The translations under genes and the position numbers were made by a program. A DNA stretch of 64,000 nt from an uncultured Planctomycetaceae bacterium (lineage in GTDB: Bacteria > Planctomycetota > Planctomycetia > Isosphaerales > Isosphaeraceae): the NCBI GenBank assembly GCA_963833985.1, contig CAWIAD010000002.1, forward strand, positions 5,440,001-5,504,000, written 5' to 3'. The notes beneath the pieces are model-generated. The model was not told the origin of the DNA, did no database searches, and was given only the letters and a program-made list of their open reading frames with translations. Shown here piece after piece: positions 31,477 through 41,396 of this stretch. Every line of letters begins with the position of its first letter. Position 1 is the stretch's first letter.

Positions 31477-31615
31477 GTGGAACACGATTCCGATCCGGCC
31501 TCCACATGAGAAATGCGACAAGATTGGGGATCCTGGCCCAGGAGCGTTCCGCGATCGCGAGATCCGTAACGCGATCCGGCCATGGAAATGCGACAAGACT
31601 GCGATCTTGGCCCAC
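31477..31615. repeat. Degenerate REPIN-like element with internal direct repeat
   Basis: gtggaacacgattccgatc arm; two copies of gaaatgcgacaaga..gatc.tggccca (31510, 31585). Same family as 15275-15385. Confidence 0.55.
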
Positions 31616-31635
31616 GAAGGACGGCGGTGCTCGCT

Positions 31636-32541
31636 TCAAGCGAACAGCGACTCGACGAACGTGTCGGCGTCGAAGGGTTGCAGGTCGTCAAGCGCCTCGC
31701 CCACGCCAATGAATTTGATGGGCAGCTTCATGGTCTGGCGGACAGCGACCACGACGCCTCCCTTGGCGGTGCCGTCGAGCTTGGTCAGGATCACACCCGT
31801 GCAGCCGATGCTCCGGGTGAAAACCTCGGCCTGGCGGATGGCATTCTGGCCGCTCGTGCCGTCGAGCACCAGCAGCACCTCGTGCGGCGCCCGGGGATGA
31901 CGCGCTGGATCACGCTCTTGAGCTTCTCGAGCTCGCGCATCAGGTGAGTCTGCGTGTGCAGCCGGCCGGCGGTGTCCACGATCAGGACGTCGGTGCCGCG
32001 GGCCACGGCGCGCTGGCAGGCGTCGTGGGCCACGCTTGCCGGATCAGCACCGGCGGACCCCCGGACAATCTCGCAGCCGGCGCGGCCGGCCCAGATCTTC
32101 GAGCTGGTCCGCGGCCGCGGCGCGGAAGGTGTCGCAGGCGCCCAGGACGATCGATTTCCCCTCGTCCTTGAGCCTCTGTGCCAGCTTGGCGATGGAGGTC
32201 GTCTTGCCGGAACCGTTCACGCCGGCGATCAGGTAGACGCTCGGCTTGCGGGCCGCAACAGCCAGCTCTCCGGGCCTGGGATCCTCCAGCAGGCCCTTCA
32301 GCTCGTCCTTCACAAAGGCGATCAGGTTTTCGTCCACCGTCTTCTCGGCATACACCTCACGCACCCGGTCGATGATCCGGTTGGTTGAAACCACGCCCAC
32401 GTCGGCCTGAATCAACCGGGCCTCCAGGTCGTCCAGGAACGACTGGTCCACCTTGCGGTTGAACCAGGTGCGCAGGTTGAACAGCTGGGCTGTGCGCGAC
32501 AGTCCCTTCTTGAACCGTGCCAGCAGCTCCTTGATCGCCAT
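31636..32541 (-). CDS. ftsY: Signal recognition particle receptor FtsY (frameshifts near 32098 and 31890)
   Basis: [39 protein letters not shown]. Confidence 0.95.
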
Positions 32542-32751
32542 GGCCTCTTCACACTCGCTGGGTATTTCTAATTACTTGACCTGAGCGAACTTGCGGTTCG
32601 TTCCGGGACGCTGAGAGCGGTCCCCTATTCAAACCACGATTCTAACGCGCAGGTCAAGCCCGGCACTTCTTCGCGCGGCAACCGGCGCTCAGGACCGAGA
32701 CGCCGGTGCGCGCGGCGAGGGGACCCTGCCCGCTCACCCGGCACACTCGTC

Positions 32752-33282
32752 CTACTGGGCATTGAGCGTCCAGTAGGGGCCGGGACCATGGGCGATGCCG
32801 AAGCGGCTGATATTCGGTGCCAGCAGGTTGCGGCGATGGCCCGGTGAGTTCATCCAGCCGTTGGCCACCGCCTCGGCCGTGGGGTAATTCCAGCCGCAGT
32901 TCTGCACGCCGCACGGGTTGATGTGGTGGCCGATCCCGCGATGGCACTGCGCGGAGTTGTTCTGGCTGGCCCAGGCCGAAAGCGACGGGTCGTACGTCAG
33001 CGGGTGCAGCCCGGCCGCAGCGCGGAGACGGTTGACAATGCCCGTGAAGCCGTAGGGATCCGCCCCGCCGCAGTCGCAGGGGGCTGCCTGCGCCATGGCG
33101 GGCGCCGGTGCGGGTGCCGGCGCGGCTGGAGCGCAGGTTGCGGTGTGGCTGCGATGAGTATGGAACCGGCCCAGCAGACGGCTGAACGCGCCGCCGGAAG
33201 CCTCCTGGGCCTGCACGTGGGTGGTGGTGGAAAGCAGCGTGAAGAACGCGACGATCGTGATGTAATGTGCAGTCGGGTTCAT
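32752..33282 (-). CDS. Secreted CAP (SCP) domain protein
   Basis: Signal peptide; VNRLRAAAGL.PL, WMNSPGHRRNLL, YWT. Confidence 0.85.
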   Translation of the reverse strand: MNPTAHYITIVAFFTLLSTTTHVQAQEASGGAFSRLLGRFHTHRSHTATCAPAAPAPAPAPAMAQAAPCDCGGADPYGFTGIVNRLRAAAGLHPLTYDPSLSAWASQNNSAQCHRGIGHHINPCGVQNCGWNYPTAEAVANGWMNSPGHRRNLLAPNISRFGIAHGPGPYWTLNAQ

Positions 33283-33867
33283 CGGTGACACCCCGGTTGG
33301 CTCGAGTGATGAAGACACAAAGCCGAGCCGGGGATGCGCTGCAATCACTCAGGGATAAGCCGCCTCATCATGTCCCCGACTCGGCTCGCTACCAGGGCAA
33401 GCAGCGTGCCAATCTGGCGAGTCTGGGAGATTTGGGTTATCTGGCTTGGCAACCGTACTGGATGTGCCACGCACCCGGGTTGGAAGGACCCTGGAACCAC
33501 CAGTGGAACCGCGCGGCAGGTAAGATTTACAAGCGCGGCGCAAGAAAATTGGTAAAAGGCGTGAAATGGGGACTGTGCAGGGCTGTCTCGGACTGTGCAA
33601 TGAAGGCCGCCGGGCTCCGCGGGCTTTCTTCAAGGCGATGGGAGGCGGCACGTCAGACGGCTTGGCCGGGCCACGTCAGGCAGCGTTCCGCGACGTCCTA
33701 GCTTGTTCGCTGGCACGGGCCTCTGGAAAATGATTCCGCCCCAATAATAAACCGCGTCGGTCGAATTACCTTTGTGGAGCGGTGAGAGGCGGGTGCTTCC
33801 ACCGCCAGCGACCACACGAGGGTTTGCCGACGTCGAAGAGGGGTTCCGGAGTATCAGGAGACACAGC

Positions 33868-34692
33868 ATGGTCTGCTCGATGGTCAAGAAGGGACTGATT
33901 GGTGCGGCGCTTGGTGCCGGGGCTTTGTTCCTGGTCTTCGGCACTCACGCACCGAGCTACATGAAGACGGCCTATCACAAGGTCCGCCGGGACGTGAAAG
34001 ACTCCGTCCCGCTGCCGTTTGATATCGACCGGGCGCGTGAGGAGATCGCCAGCCTGGAGCCGGCGATTCGCGACAACATCGAGAAGTTGGCCCGGGCGGA
34101 GATCGAGGTCGAGGATCTCGACCGCGAGATCGGCGCCTTCCGCACGAACATGGAAACCGAGAAGACGGCGATCGTGACCTTGCGGAAGAGCCTGGACACC
34201 GGTGAATACCGGCTCGCCGGCCACAGCCGCGTGGCGTACACCGAGGACGAGGTCAAGGCCGACCTGGGCCGCCGGTTCGACGCCTACAACAACGCCAGGA
34301 AGATCCTCGAGGCCAAGGAGACGACCCTCAAGGCCAAGCAGAGCGAGACCATCGCGTTCCGCAAGCAGCTTGAGGCCATGATGGGCCAGAAGAAGATGCT
34401 GACCACCAAGCTCGACCAGATCGAGGCCAAACTGCACCAGATCGAGGCCACCCAGGCGGCCAACGAGTTCCAGCACATCGATGGCAGTGCGCTGTCGCGT
34501 GCTAGGGAGACCGTCTCCGACCTGGAAAAGCGGCTCCAGATCATGGAGCGGAAGGCCTCGATGGAAGCCCGCTACGTGGATTCGGGCGTGCCGGTGATCG
34601 TCAACCCGTCGCGCGACGTGGTCCATGAGATCGACGCGGACTTCGGGCTCAAGGCCTCCAGCAGCAATGGCAAGCCGGGCAAGAGCCTCTGA
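33868..34692 (+). CDS. N-terminally anchored coiled-coil protein, PspA/IM30-like
   Basis: AGGAG RBS; hydrophobic N-terminus, then long heptad helices resembling the PspA layout. Confidence 0.7.
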   Translation: MVCSMVKKGLIGAALGAGALFLVFGTHAPSYMKTAYHKVRRDVKDSVPLPFDIDRAREEIASLEPAIRDNIEKLARAEIEVEDLDREIGAFRTNMETEKTAIVTLRKSLDTGEYRLAGHSRVAYTEDEVKADLGRRFDAYNNARKILEAKETTLKAKQSETIAFRKQLEAMMGQKKMLTTKLDQIEAKLHQIEATQAANEFQHIDGSALSRARETVSDLEKRLQIMERKASMEARYVDSGVPVIVNPSRDVVHEIDADFGLKASSSNGKPGKSL

Positions 34693-34894
34693 TCCATCCG
34701 AGGCGACCCCCGCGTGCAAACCGGCCGGCCGGACACCTGGAACGATGGCCGGTGTCCGGCCGGCCGCACGACATCCTTCCCCGCCCTGCCCGAGCGTAAG
34801 CGACGGGCACCGGTCAGGTTGAGCAGCGTTCGCAACCCAGCGTAAGATGGTGGAGAGTGGCATCCCCATGGTCAATCCGGGCGGCGAGTCAACC

Positions 34895-36516
34895 ATGTTG
34901 GGACAATGGCGGATCATTCTGCGGCAGGCGGAAGAGGCCGCGCGGGCTGGCCGGTACGAGGAAGCCCTCGCCCTGGCCAGCCGGGCCGACGTGGCCGACC
35001 ATAACCAGGCGGTGCAGTTCCGCGGCCGACTGGGGCTGGATCTGCTCGCCCGGGCCAACCGCCGGGCCGCGGCCGACGACCAGGCCGGCGCAATCGAGGA
35101 CCTGTACCTCGCCGAGCGAATCGGTGCTCCGCCGGATTCGCTGGCCGCGGCCCGGCTGAGCCTGGCCGACCGCGTGGCCGACGAGATTCGCGCCGACCTG
35201 GACGCGGGCGAGCCGGCACGCGTGCTCGAGCGGATCGACGAGCTGACGCGGCACAAGATCGGCGGGCCGGCCCTGCGGCGCTATCGTGAGATCGCCGAGG
35301 CCTGGCACTCGGCCCTGGCGGAAGCACGCCGAGGCGAGTTCGGCCATGCCCATGAGCACCTCGACCGTGCCGAGCGGCTGGCGGCCGGCGCCGGAATGAG
35401 CGGGGCCCAGAACGCGGTGATCGCGGCCCGCCACGACCTGGAAACCAAGCAGAAGGCCGCCACACCCGGGGTGGAGGCCCTGTACACCGCCCTGGCCGAC
35501 GGCAAGTGGCCGCAGATCCTGGCCGCCGCCGAGACCCTGCTGGCCACGGTCCCCGAACATCCGGCCGCGCGGCAGGCGCGAGCCAAGGCCTGGCAGCAGA
35601 TCGCCGCCATCGGTCCGGCCGGCGCGGCACAGTGGCCGGCGCCCTGGCGCGCAAGGAGGCGGCGGTCCCGCTTGATCGGGAGCACCCGGAAAACGACCGG
35701 CCCGCTCCGGTGGCCTACCGGCCGCGCGGGGGCCAGGCTCGGGCGGTGACCAACCCGCAAGATCCGACGGCCGCTCCGGAGCACGAGGGCATCGTCTGGC
35801 TCACCGCCGGCGGCGATGGCCCGGCCCTTCCCCAGGGGTTCCGGCCGGTCCCTCCCCCCGCGCCGCGGCCGCGGACACCACCCGGCCGCCCCCTGGCCCG
35901 CTCCGAGGCCGCCGGCCCGAAGGGCCGGTTCCTCCTCTGGGTGGACGCCGTGGGCGGCTACCTGGTCTGCCTGGACGACCGCATCGTGCTCGGCCGGGCC
36001 GGGCCGGACAGCCCCGCGGATATCCCCCTGCTGGGCGACCTGTCGCGCAACCACGCCACCCTGGTGCGGAGCGGCGAGAGCTACATGTTGCAGGCCCATC
36101 ATCCCTCGTTCGTCAACGGCAAGCCGGTCATCGACCAGGCCATGCTGCGCGACGGCGACGTCATCCGCCTGGGCCAGACGGTGGAGCTGGAGTTCCGCCA
36201 GGAGAGCCCCATCAGCGCGACGGCCCGGCTGGCCGTGGTCAGCCGCCATCGCCTGCATATGGCCGTGGACGGCGTGCTGCTCATGGCGGAAACCTGCATC
36301 GTGGGCGGCCACGGCCCGGCCCACATTCCGGCACCAGCGCTGCCGGAGCCGGTGGTGCTCTACCGCCAGGGCAACGCCCTCTGGTGCCGGGCCCCCGGCA
36401 GCTTCGAGGTCGACGGCCGCACCTGTGCGGCACGCGCCCCGCTGACGTTGCAATCGAGCGTCCTGGGCGACGGTTTCTCCTTCAGCCTGGAACCTCTTCG
36501 TTCGCACCCTGTCTAA
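34895..36516 (+). CDS. Helical-repeat (TPR-like) + FHA domain protein (frameshift near 35640)
   Basis: IVLGR..DI....LSRNHA, FVNG, LRDGDVIRLG. Confidence 0.85.
36489..36516 (+). promoter_or_regulatory. ECF-type promoter GGAACC-N16-GTCTAA
   Basis: ggaacc 36489-36494, 16-nt spacer, gtctaa 36511-36516; the TAA is the FHA gene stop codon. Confidence 0.6.
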
Positions 36517-36634
36517 GAGACGATGGGCCCGTGTCGGTAGCGTGAGGAAAACGGCCAGCCGGTACCAGAGTATCGCCAGATGCGGAGCTGAAGACGTGAT
36601 AAGAGCGACGGCCAAGCCACTGCCTGGCGCCACC

Positions 36635-38535
36635 ATGGACGAAACCGCCATCTATCAGGCAAATGACCTTTCGGGTTCCGGGCCCGACCAGCCCACGGGA
36701 AATGACCCCATGCCCAACGCCAACCCAGCACCGCAGGCGCAAGGCCGCTACACCTTCTGCTCAGGCTCACGGCCGCTCGACGGCTACACGATCAAGCGGG
36801 CGATTGGCCGGGGCGGATTCGGCGAGGTCTACTACGCCACGTCCGACGCGGGCAAGGAAGTCGCCCTCAAGCTCATCCTCCGCAACCTCGACGTCGAGCG
36901 CCGGGGCGTCAGCCAGTGCATGAACCTCAAGTGCCCGAACCTGCTGGCGATCCACGACCTGAAGACCAACGACGCCGGCGATGCCTTCGTGATCATGGAA
37001 TACGTGGCCGGCCCCAGCCTGGCCAGCGTGCTCAAGCAGTATCCCGAGGGCCTGCCGCAGAGCGAGGTGCGGCACTGGCTCAAGGGCCTGGTGGAAGGCG
37101 TGGCCTACCTGCATGACCACGGCATCGTGCACCGCGACCTCAAGCCGGCGAACCTGTTCATGGAAGAGGGCATCGTCAAGATCGGCGACTACGGCCTGGC
37201 CAAGCTGATCACCCCCAGCCACGGCAGCGAGCATTCCGAGAGCATCGGCACCTGCCATTACATGGCGCCGGAGATTGGCTCGGGCAAGTACCACAAGCCG
37301 ATCGACGTCTACGCCATCGGCGTGATCCTCTACGAGATGCTCACCGGGCACGTGCCGTTCGACGGCGAGACGGTCAACGAGGTGCTCATGAAGCACCTGA
37401 CCACGCGGCCCGACGTGACCATGCTGCCAGAGCCCTACCGCAGCATCGTGAACCGGGCCCTGGCCAAGGACCCGAACCAGCGGCCGGCGCGAGTGTACGA
37501 CCTGCTGCCGCCGGAGGATGCGCCCGGACCCCCGAGGTGCGGATCATCGGCGAGGGGAAGCAGCCGGTGGTGGGCGGTGGAGGCGCGGGCGCTGTCGGCA
37601 ACGGCGCCGCGCGGCCGCCGGCCGAGCCGGACGACATCCTGCGGATCGGTCCGGAAGAGCCCGTCTTCTACATCGGCCCGGAGACGAAGCCTCCCGTGCG
37701 CCGGCAGACGGTCCAGGAGCGGATCCGGGCCAACTGGCAGGCGATCCGCCAGCCGGCGGCCTACCAGCGGCCCGCACCGCGCCCCGGTCCGCCGCGCGCC
37801 CAGGAGCGGCCCCAGGCACGGCCCAGGCCCGCGGCGGGCCGTCCCGCCGTGCCGCCTCCGGCCCCGCGCCGCGCCGCGGCTCCCGCGCCGCCTCCGGAAG
37901 CCCCGCCTATCCCGAGCGCCCGCGTCCGCCTTGCGGAGCTGGCGGCCTCCATGGTGTGGGCGGCTCCGATCCTGGCTCTCCTGCTCTTGCCCCTGAGCGT
38001 GGCCATGGGCATCAGCCTGGACGCCAACCCCGAGCAGATCGCTTACCTCTTCGGCATGGGGCTCGTGGGCACCTGGTGCACGCTGGTTCCCGCCAAGCTG
38101 TTCGAGAACCGCTCGCTCGACTGGTCGTCGCGGCGCCTGATCGCGCTCGTCGCCGGCCTGGCGGTGGGGGCGGTGGCGATCGTGCTAGGCCGCACCTTGC
38201 AGGTGAACTGGCCGCTGGAGCCGGGTTACTTCGCCAATTCGCGTGATCTCGAACCGCTCTACTTCGGCGCCCTGTACACCGCGACCGCCGGCTGGGCCGA
38301 CCTGGCGACCCGCGGCCGCAAGAAGCGGTTCCGCCTGCTGCCGATCGGGCTGGCGGCCCTCCTGGCGACCGTACTGACGCCGCTCTGGCCCTACAAGAGC
38401 CCATCAGGCATCGCCGTGGCCGCCCTCATCGCCTGCACGGTTCAGGTGGTCAGCCCCTGGAGCGCACAGGCCGCCACCTATGCCCGCTATGTCCGCTACG
38501 TGCGGAAGCAGCAGCGCAACGTCAAGACGGCCTGA
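36635..38535 (+). CDS. Ser/Thr kinase with Pro-rich linker and polytopic membrane C-terminus (frameshift near 37525)
   Basis: IGRGGFGEVY, VALK, HRDLKPAN, DYG, GTCHYMAPE; about 5-6 TM helices. Confidence 0.9.
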
Positions 38536-38603
38536 ACGAGCCCGCAGTATCCCCTGACGCTGGAAGCTGGGAGTTGGACCGGATCGATACGGGAGCCGAT
38601 GCT

Positions 38604-39605
38604 ATGGGAAAGCGGCTGTTACTGTTTGTTCTCCTGCTGGTGATGCTCGGGCTGTTCCTGGCCAACACCGATTCGCGGGTGCGCCATGAGCCGCAGTTCG
38701 CCCCGCCGGGCCAGCCGTTCCGGGTGGATCAACGGGCTCACCGCGAGGTCGTGCGCATTGCCCGGGAAGCGCGGGACCAAGCGCACGCGGCCGCACGCGA
38801 GGCACGCGACCAGGCACGCGAGGTTCTCGTGGAGGTCCATGACGACCTGCGCGATGCCATGAACGAGGTCCGTGAAGAGTTCCGCGATACCCTGACAGAG
38901 AGCGCCGACGAGCTTCGTGAGACGGCCCAGGACATACCCGTGCCCATCCTGCCAGGCACGCGCGTGGTCCAGGCCGTGGCGCAGCCGCCGGCCCGCACCC
39001 CGGTTCCGCCGACCGCGCGGCCGCCCCATCCCGCGGCCCTTCCGCATCCGCCCGCGCCCCCTGCACCTCCGGCACAACTCCGGCCGCCCGGCTTCCCTGG
39101 ACTGGTGGGGCAAGCTCCGCCGGCCCTGGCCGAGGCGAATCCCGGCGATGGCCACTGGCTCGCCGGGCTGATCTCGGCCACCGAGGACCGGGCCAGGACC
39201 GAAGCACGGAAAGAACTCGAGAAGGAAGTCAGCGAATGGCTTGAGCCGGCGGGCGTCCCTCGATCGTGGAAGCCGCCCGGCCGTCTCATCAGCGAGATGA
39301 TCCAGGAAACCCGCGTTGACCCGGTGGTCAAGGACTACGGCACGCTCTACGTGGCCAGGCTGCGGCTGGATGTCTCCGACCGGCGGCGCCAGGCCATGGT
39401 CCAGACATACAGGCACCAGCTTGTCCGCGAGCGCATCGTGCTTCTGGCCGGCGGCCTGACGTTCGTGCTGTCGTGCCTGGCAGCGCTGGCCGGCTACATC
39501 CGCGCCGACGAGGCGACCCGGGGCTATTACACCAACCCCCTGCGGCTCGTGGCTGCCGCGGGCGTGGGTGCGGCGGGCGTGTTGATCTACCAGATTCTGG
39601 CATGA
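38604..39605 (+). CDS. Membrane protein with coiled-coil and Pro-rich linker
   Basis: N-terminal TM, two C-terminal TMs around DEATRGYY. Confidence 0.75.
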   Translation: MGKRLLLFVLLLVMLGLFLANTDSRVRHEPQFAPPGQPFRVDQRAHREVVRIAREARDQAHAAAREARDQAREVLVEVHDDLRDAMNEVREEFRDTLTESADELRETAQDIPVPILPGTRVVQAVAQPPARTPVPPTARPPHPAALPHPPAPPAPPAQLRPPGFPGLVGQAPPALAEANPGDGHWLAGLISATEDRARTEARKELEKEVSEWLEPAGVPRSWKPPGRLISEMIQETRVDPVVKDYGTLYVARLRLDVSDRRRQAMVQTYRHQLVRERIVLLAGGLTFVLSCLAALAGYIRADEATRGYYTNPLRLVAAAGVGAAGVLIYQILA

Positions 39606-39623
39606 CCCTGGGGGGCCGGGCCA

Positions 39624-40085
39624 ATGATGGAATTCCTGATCTTCGTGGCGGTGCTGTTGAGCGTGCCCGCCCTGGTGCTGGGCCTGATCCAGCTCATGGC
39701 GCCGCAATCGTCGGTTCATGAGGGAGTTCGCCGCCGGCTCACCCAGTTCAAGCTCTGGCAACTGCTGGTGGCCGTCATCCTTTGCGGCCTGCTCTTCTCC
39801 ATGACCACCGTCAACTACCCTGGCGTGCCCTTCACGCTGGCTCTCCTGATTGTGCTTTGCCTCTACTTGCGCACCTGGCGCGATGAGTTCATCTACCTCA
39901 TGGGCCTGCGCGATGAGGACTTTCCGGGCCGCAACGACAAGCTGGTCTGGATCCTGGTGCTGCTGCTCATCGCGCCCCTGGGCGCCTGGTTGTTCCGCTC
40001 CTTCCGGCTGGCCCACTGGCCGGAGCCCGAGCGGCGCGCCGATCCCGCGGCGGGAGGAGCCGAAGGCATGGTTCCGTCCTCCTGA
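39624..40085 (+). CDS. Small polytopic membrane protein (PLDc N-terminal-like C-terminus)
   Basis: KLVWILVLLLIAPLGAWLF motif. Confidence 0.65.
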   Translation: MMEFLIFVAVLLSVPALVLGLIQLMAPQSSVHEGVRRRLTQFKLWQLLVAVILCGLLFSMTTVNYPGVPFTLALLIVLCLYLRTWRDEFIYLMGLRDEDFPGRNDKLVWILVLLLIAPLGAWLFRSFRLAHWPEPERRADPAAGGAEGMVPSS

Positions 40086-40228
40086 TCTTGTTCCCTGGCA
40101 CCTCATGCAGGGTGCTTGCTTCGCTCGCTTCGCCCTTCAGAAGGATAGGCAAACTCCCGAAGTGCGTTTAGAATTCATGTTTGGGAACCACCGCGGCGCC
40201 ACGATCCCAAACGGGGCGAAGATCCTCA

Positions 40229-40856
40229 ATGGCCACGACCGAGACCGACGCTCTGCTGATCCGCCAGGTGCGCGCCGGCGACGCCCTGGCCTGGAGCCAG
40301 TTGATCGAACGGTTCGAGGGCCGGCTGCTCGCGTTCGTCGACAGCCGGCTGCGCGACCGGTCGGCCAGCGAGGATGTCGTTCAGGAGACGTTCATCGGCT
40401 TCCTCACGAGCCTGCCGCACTACGATGAGAAGCGCGACATGGAGGCCTACCTCTTCTCCATCGCCGCGCACAAGCTTACCGACCATCTCCGCAAGCAGGG
40501 CCGGCGTCCCATCGACCAGTTTGGCTCGGACGACCACGGCCGACCGCTCGACGAGGTACCCGGCGGCGCCCGGGCCGCTTCGAGCATTGCGCAGTGGCGA
40601 GCGCAGGAAGGCCGAGGAGCAGCTCCTGGGAGACTCGATGAGCCACCTGGTGCGCGAGTGGCTGGCACGCGCGGATTATGACCGTATCCGCTGCCTGGAG
40701 CTGCTCATCGTCAAGGGCTGGGCCAACAAGGACGTCGCACGATACCTCAATATCACCGAGCAGGCCGTGGCCAGCTACAAGTTCCAGACCATCGCACGGC
40801 TCAAGGAAATGGCCCGCCGCGCCGGGCTGAGCCTCGACGAGCTGGCAGGAGGTTGA
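40229..40856 (+). CDS. ECF RNA polymerase sigma factor (frameshift near 40590)
   Basis: ASEDVVQETF, YLFSIA; sigma4 GWANKDVARYLNITEQAV. Confidence 0.9.
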
Positions 40857-40859
40857 ACC

Positions 40860-41360
40860 GTGATGTCCGGCGACGCCAGGAGCAGGCCAGCATCCCCGGG
40901 CCAGGACCGGCACGAGCCGCGGGCACACCACCCGGAGCCGCCCATTGATGACCAGATCCTCCGCAACTACCTGGGCGACAGCCTGCCCCCGGAAGAGCTG
41001 GCACGGGTGGAGAAGGCGCTGCGCGACTCCGCCGAGCTGCGGGCACGGCTGGAGGATGTTCGCAACAACCGCGAGGATTTTCAGCTCCACACCCTGGGCA
41101 GCATCTGGCGGCGCAACCGGGTGACCTGCCCGACACGCCAGCAACTGGGCAGCTACCTGCTGGACGCCCTTGACCCGGAGCTGGCCGCCTACATCAAGTT
41201 TCACATCGACGTGGTGGAATGCCCGTTTTGCCAGGCCAATCATGCGGATCTGGAGCGGCGCCAGGCGGGGCCTCCCCCCGAATCAACCGTCGACCGGCGC
41301 GGCCGGATCTTGAAGAAGGTGCAGGACCTGCTGGGCGAGGAACGGCGTGAGAACCGATAG
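40860..41360 (+). CDS. Soluble tandem zf-HC2-like anti-sigma candidate
   Basis: Two L..YL..L repeats; the second carries C..H.....CPFC. Confidence 0.7.
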   Translation: MMSGDARSRPASPGQDRHEPRAHHPEPPIDDQILRNYLGDSLPPEELARVEKALRDSAELRARLEDVRNNREDFQLHTLGSIWRRNRVTCPTRQQLGSYLLDALDPELAAYIKFHIDVVECPFCQANHADLERRQAGPPPESTVDRRGRILKKVQDLLGEERRENR

Positions 41361-41396
41361 CCTGAACGGCGTTACGTTCTCGGGCGGTTTCCTTGA

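Noticed and set aside
31636..32541. ftsY and other split genes as pseudogenes or programmed frameshifts
   Set aside because: Motifs are intact, there are no slippery heptamers, and the indels share a sequence context; sequencing error is more parsimonious.
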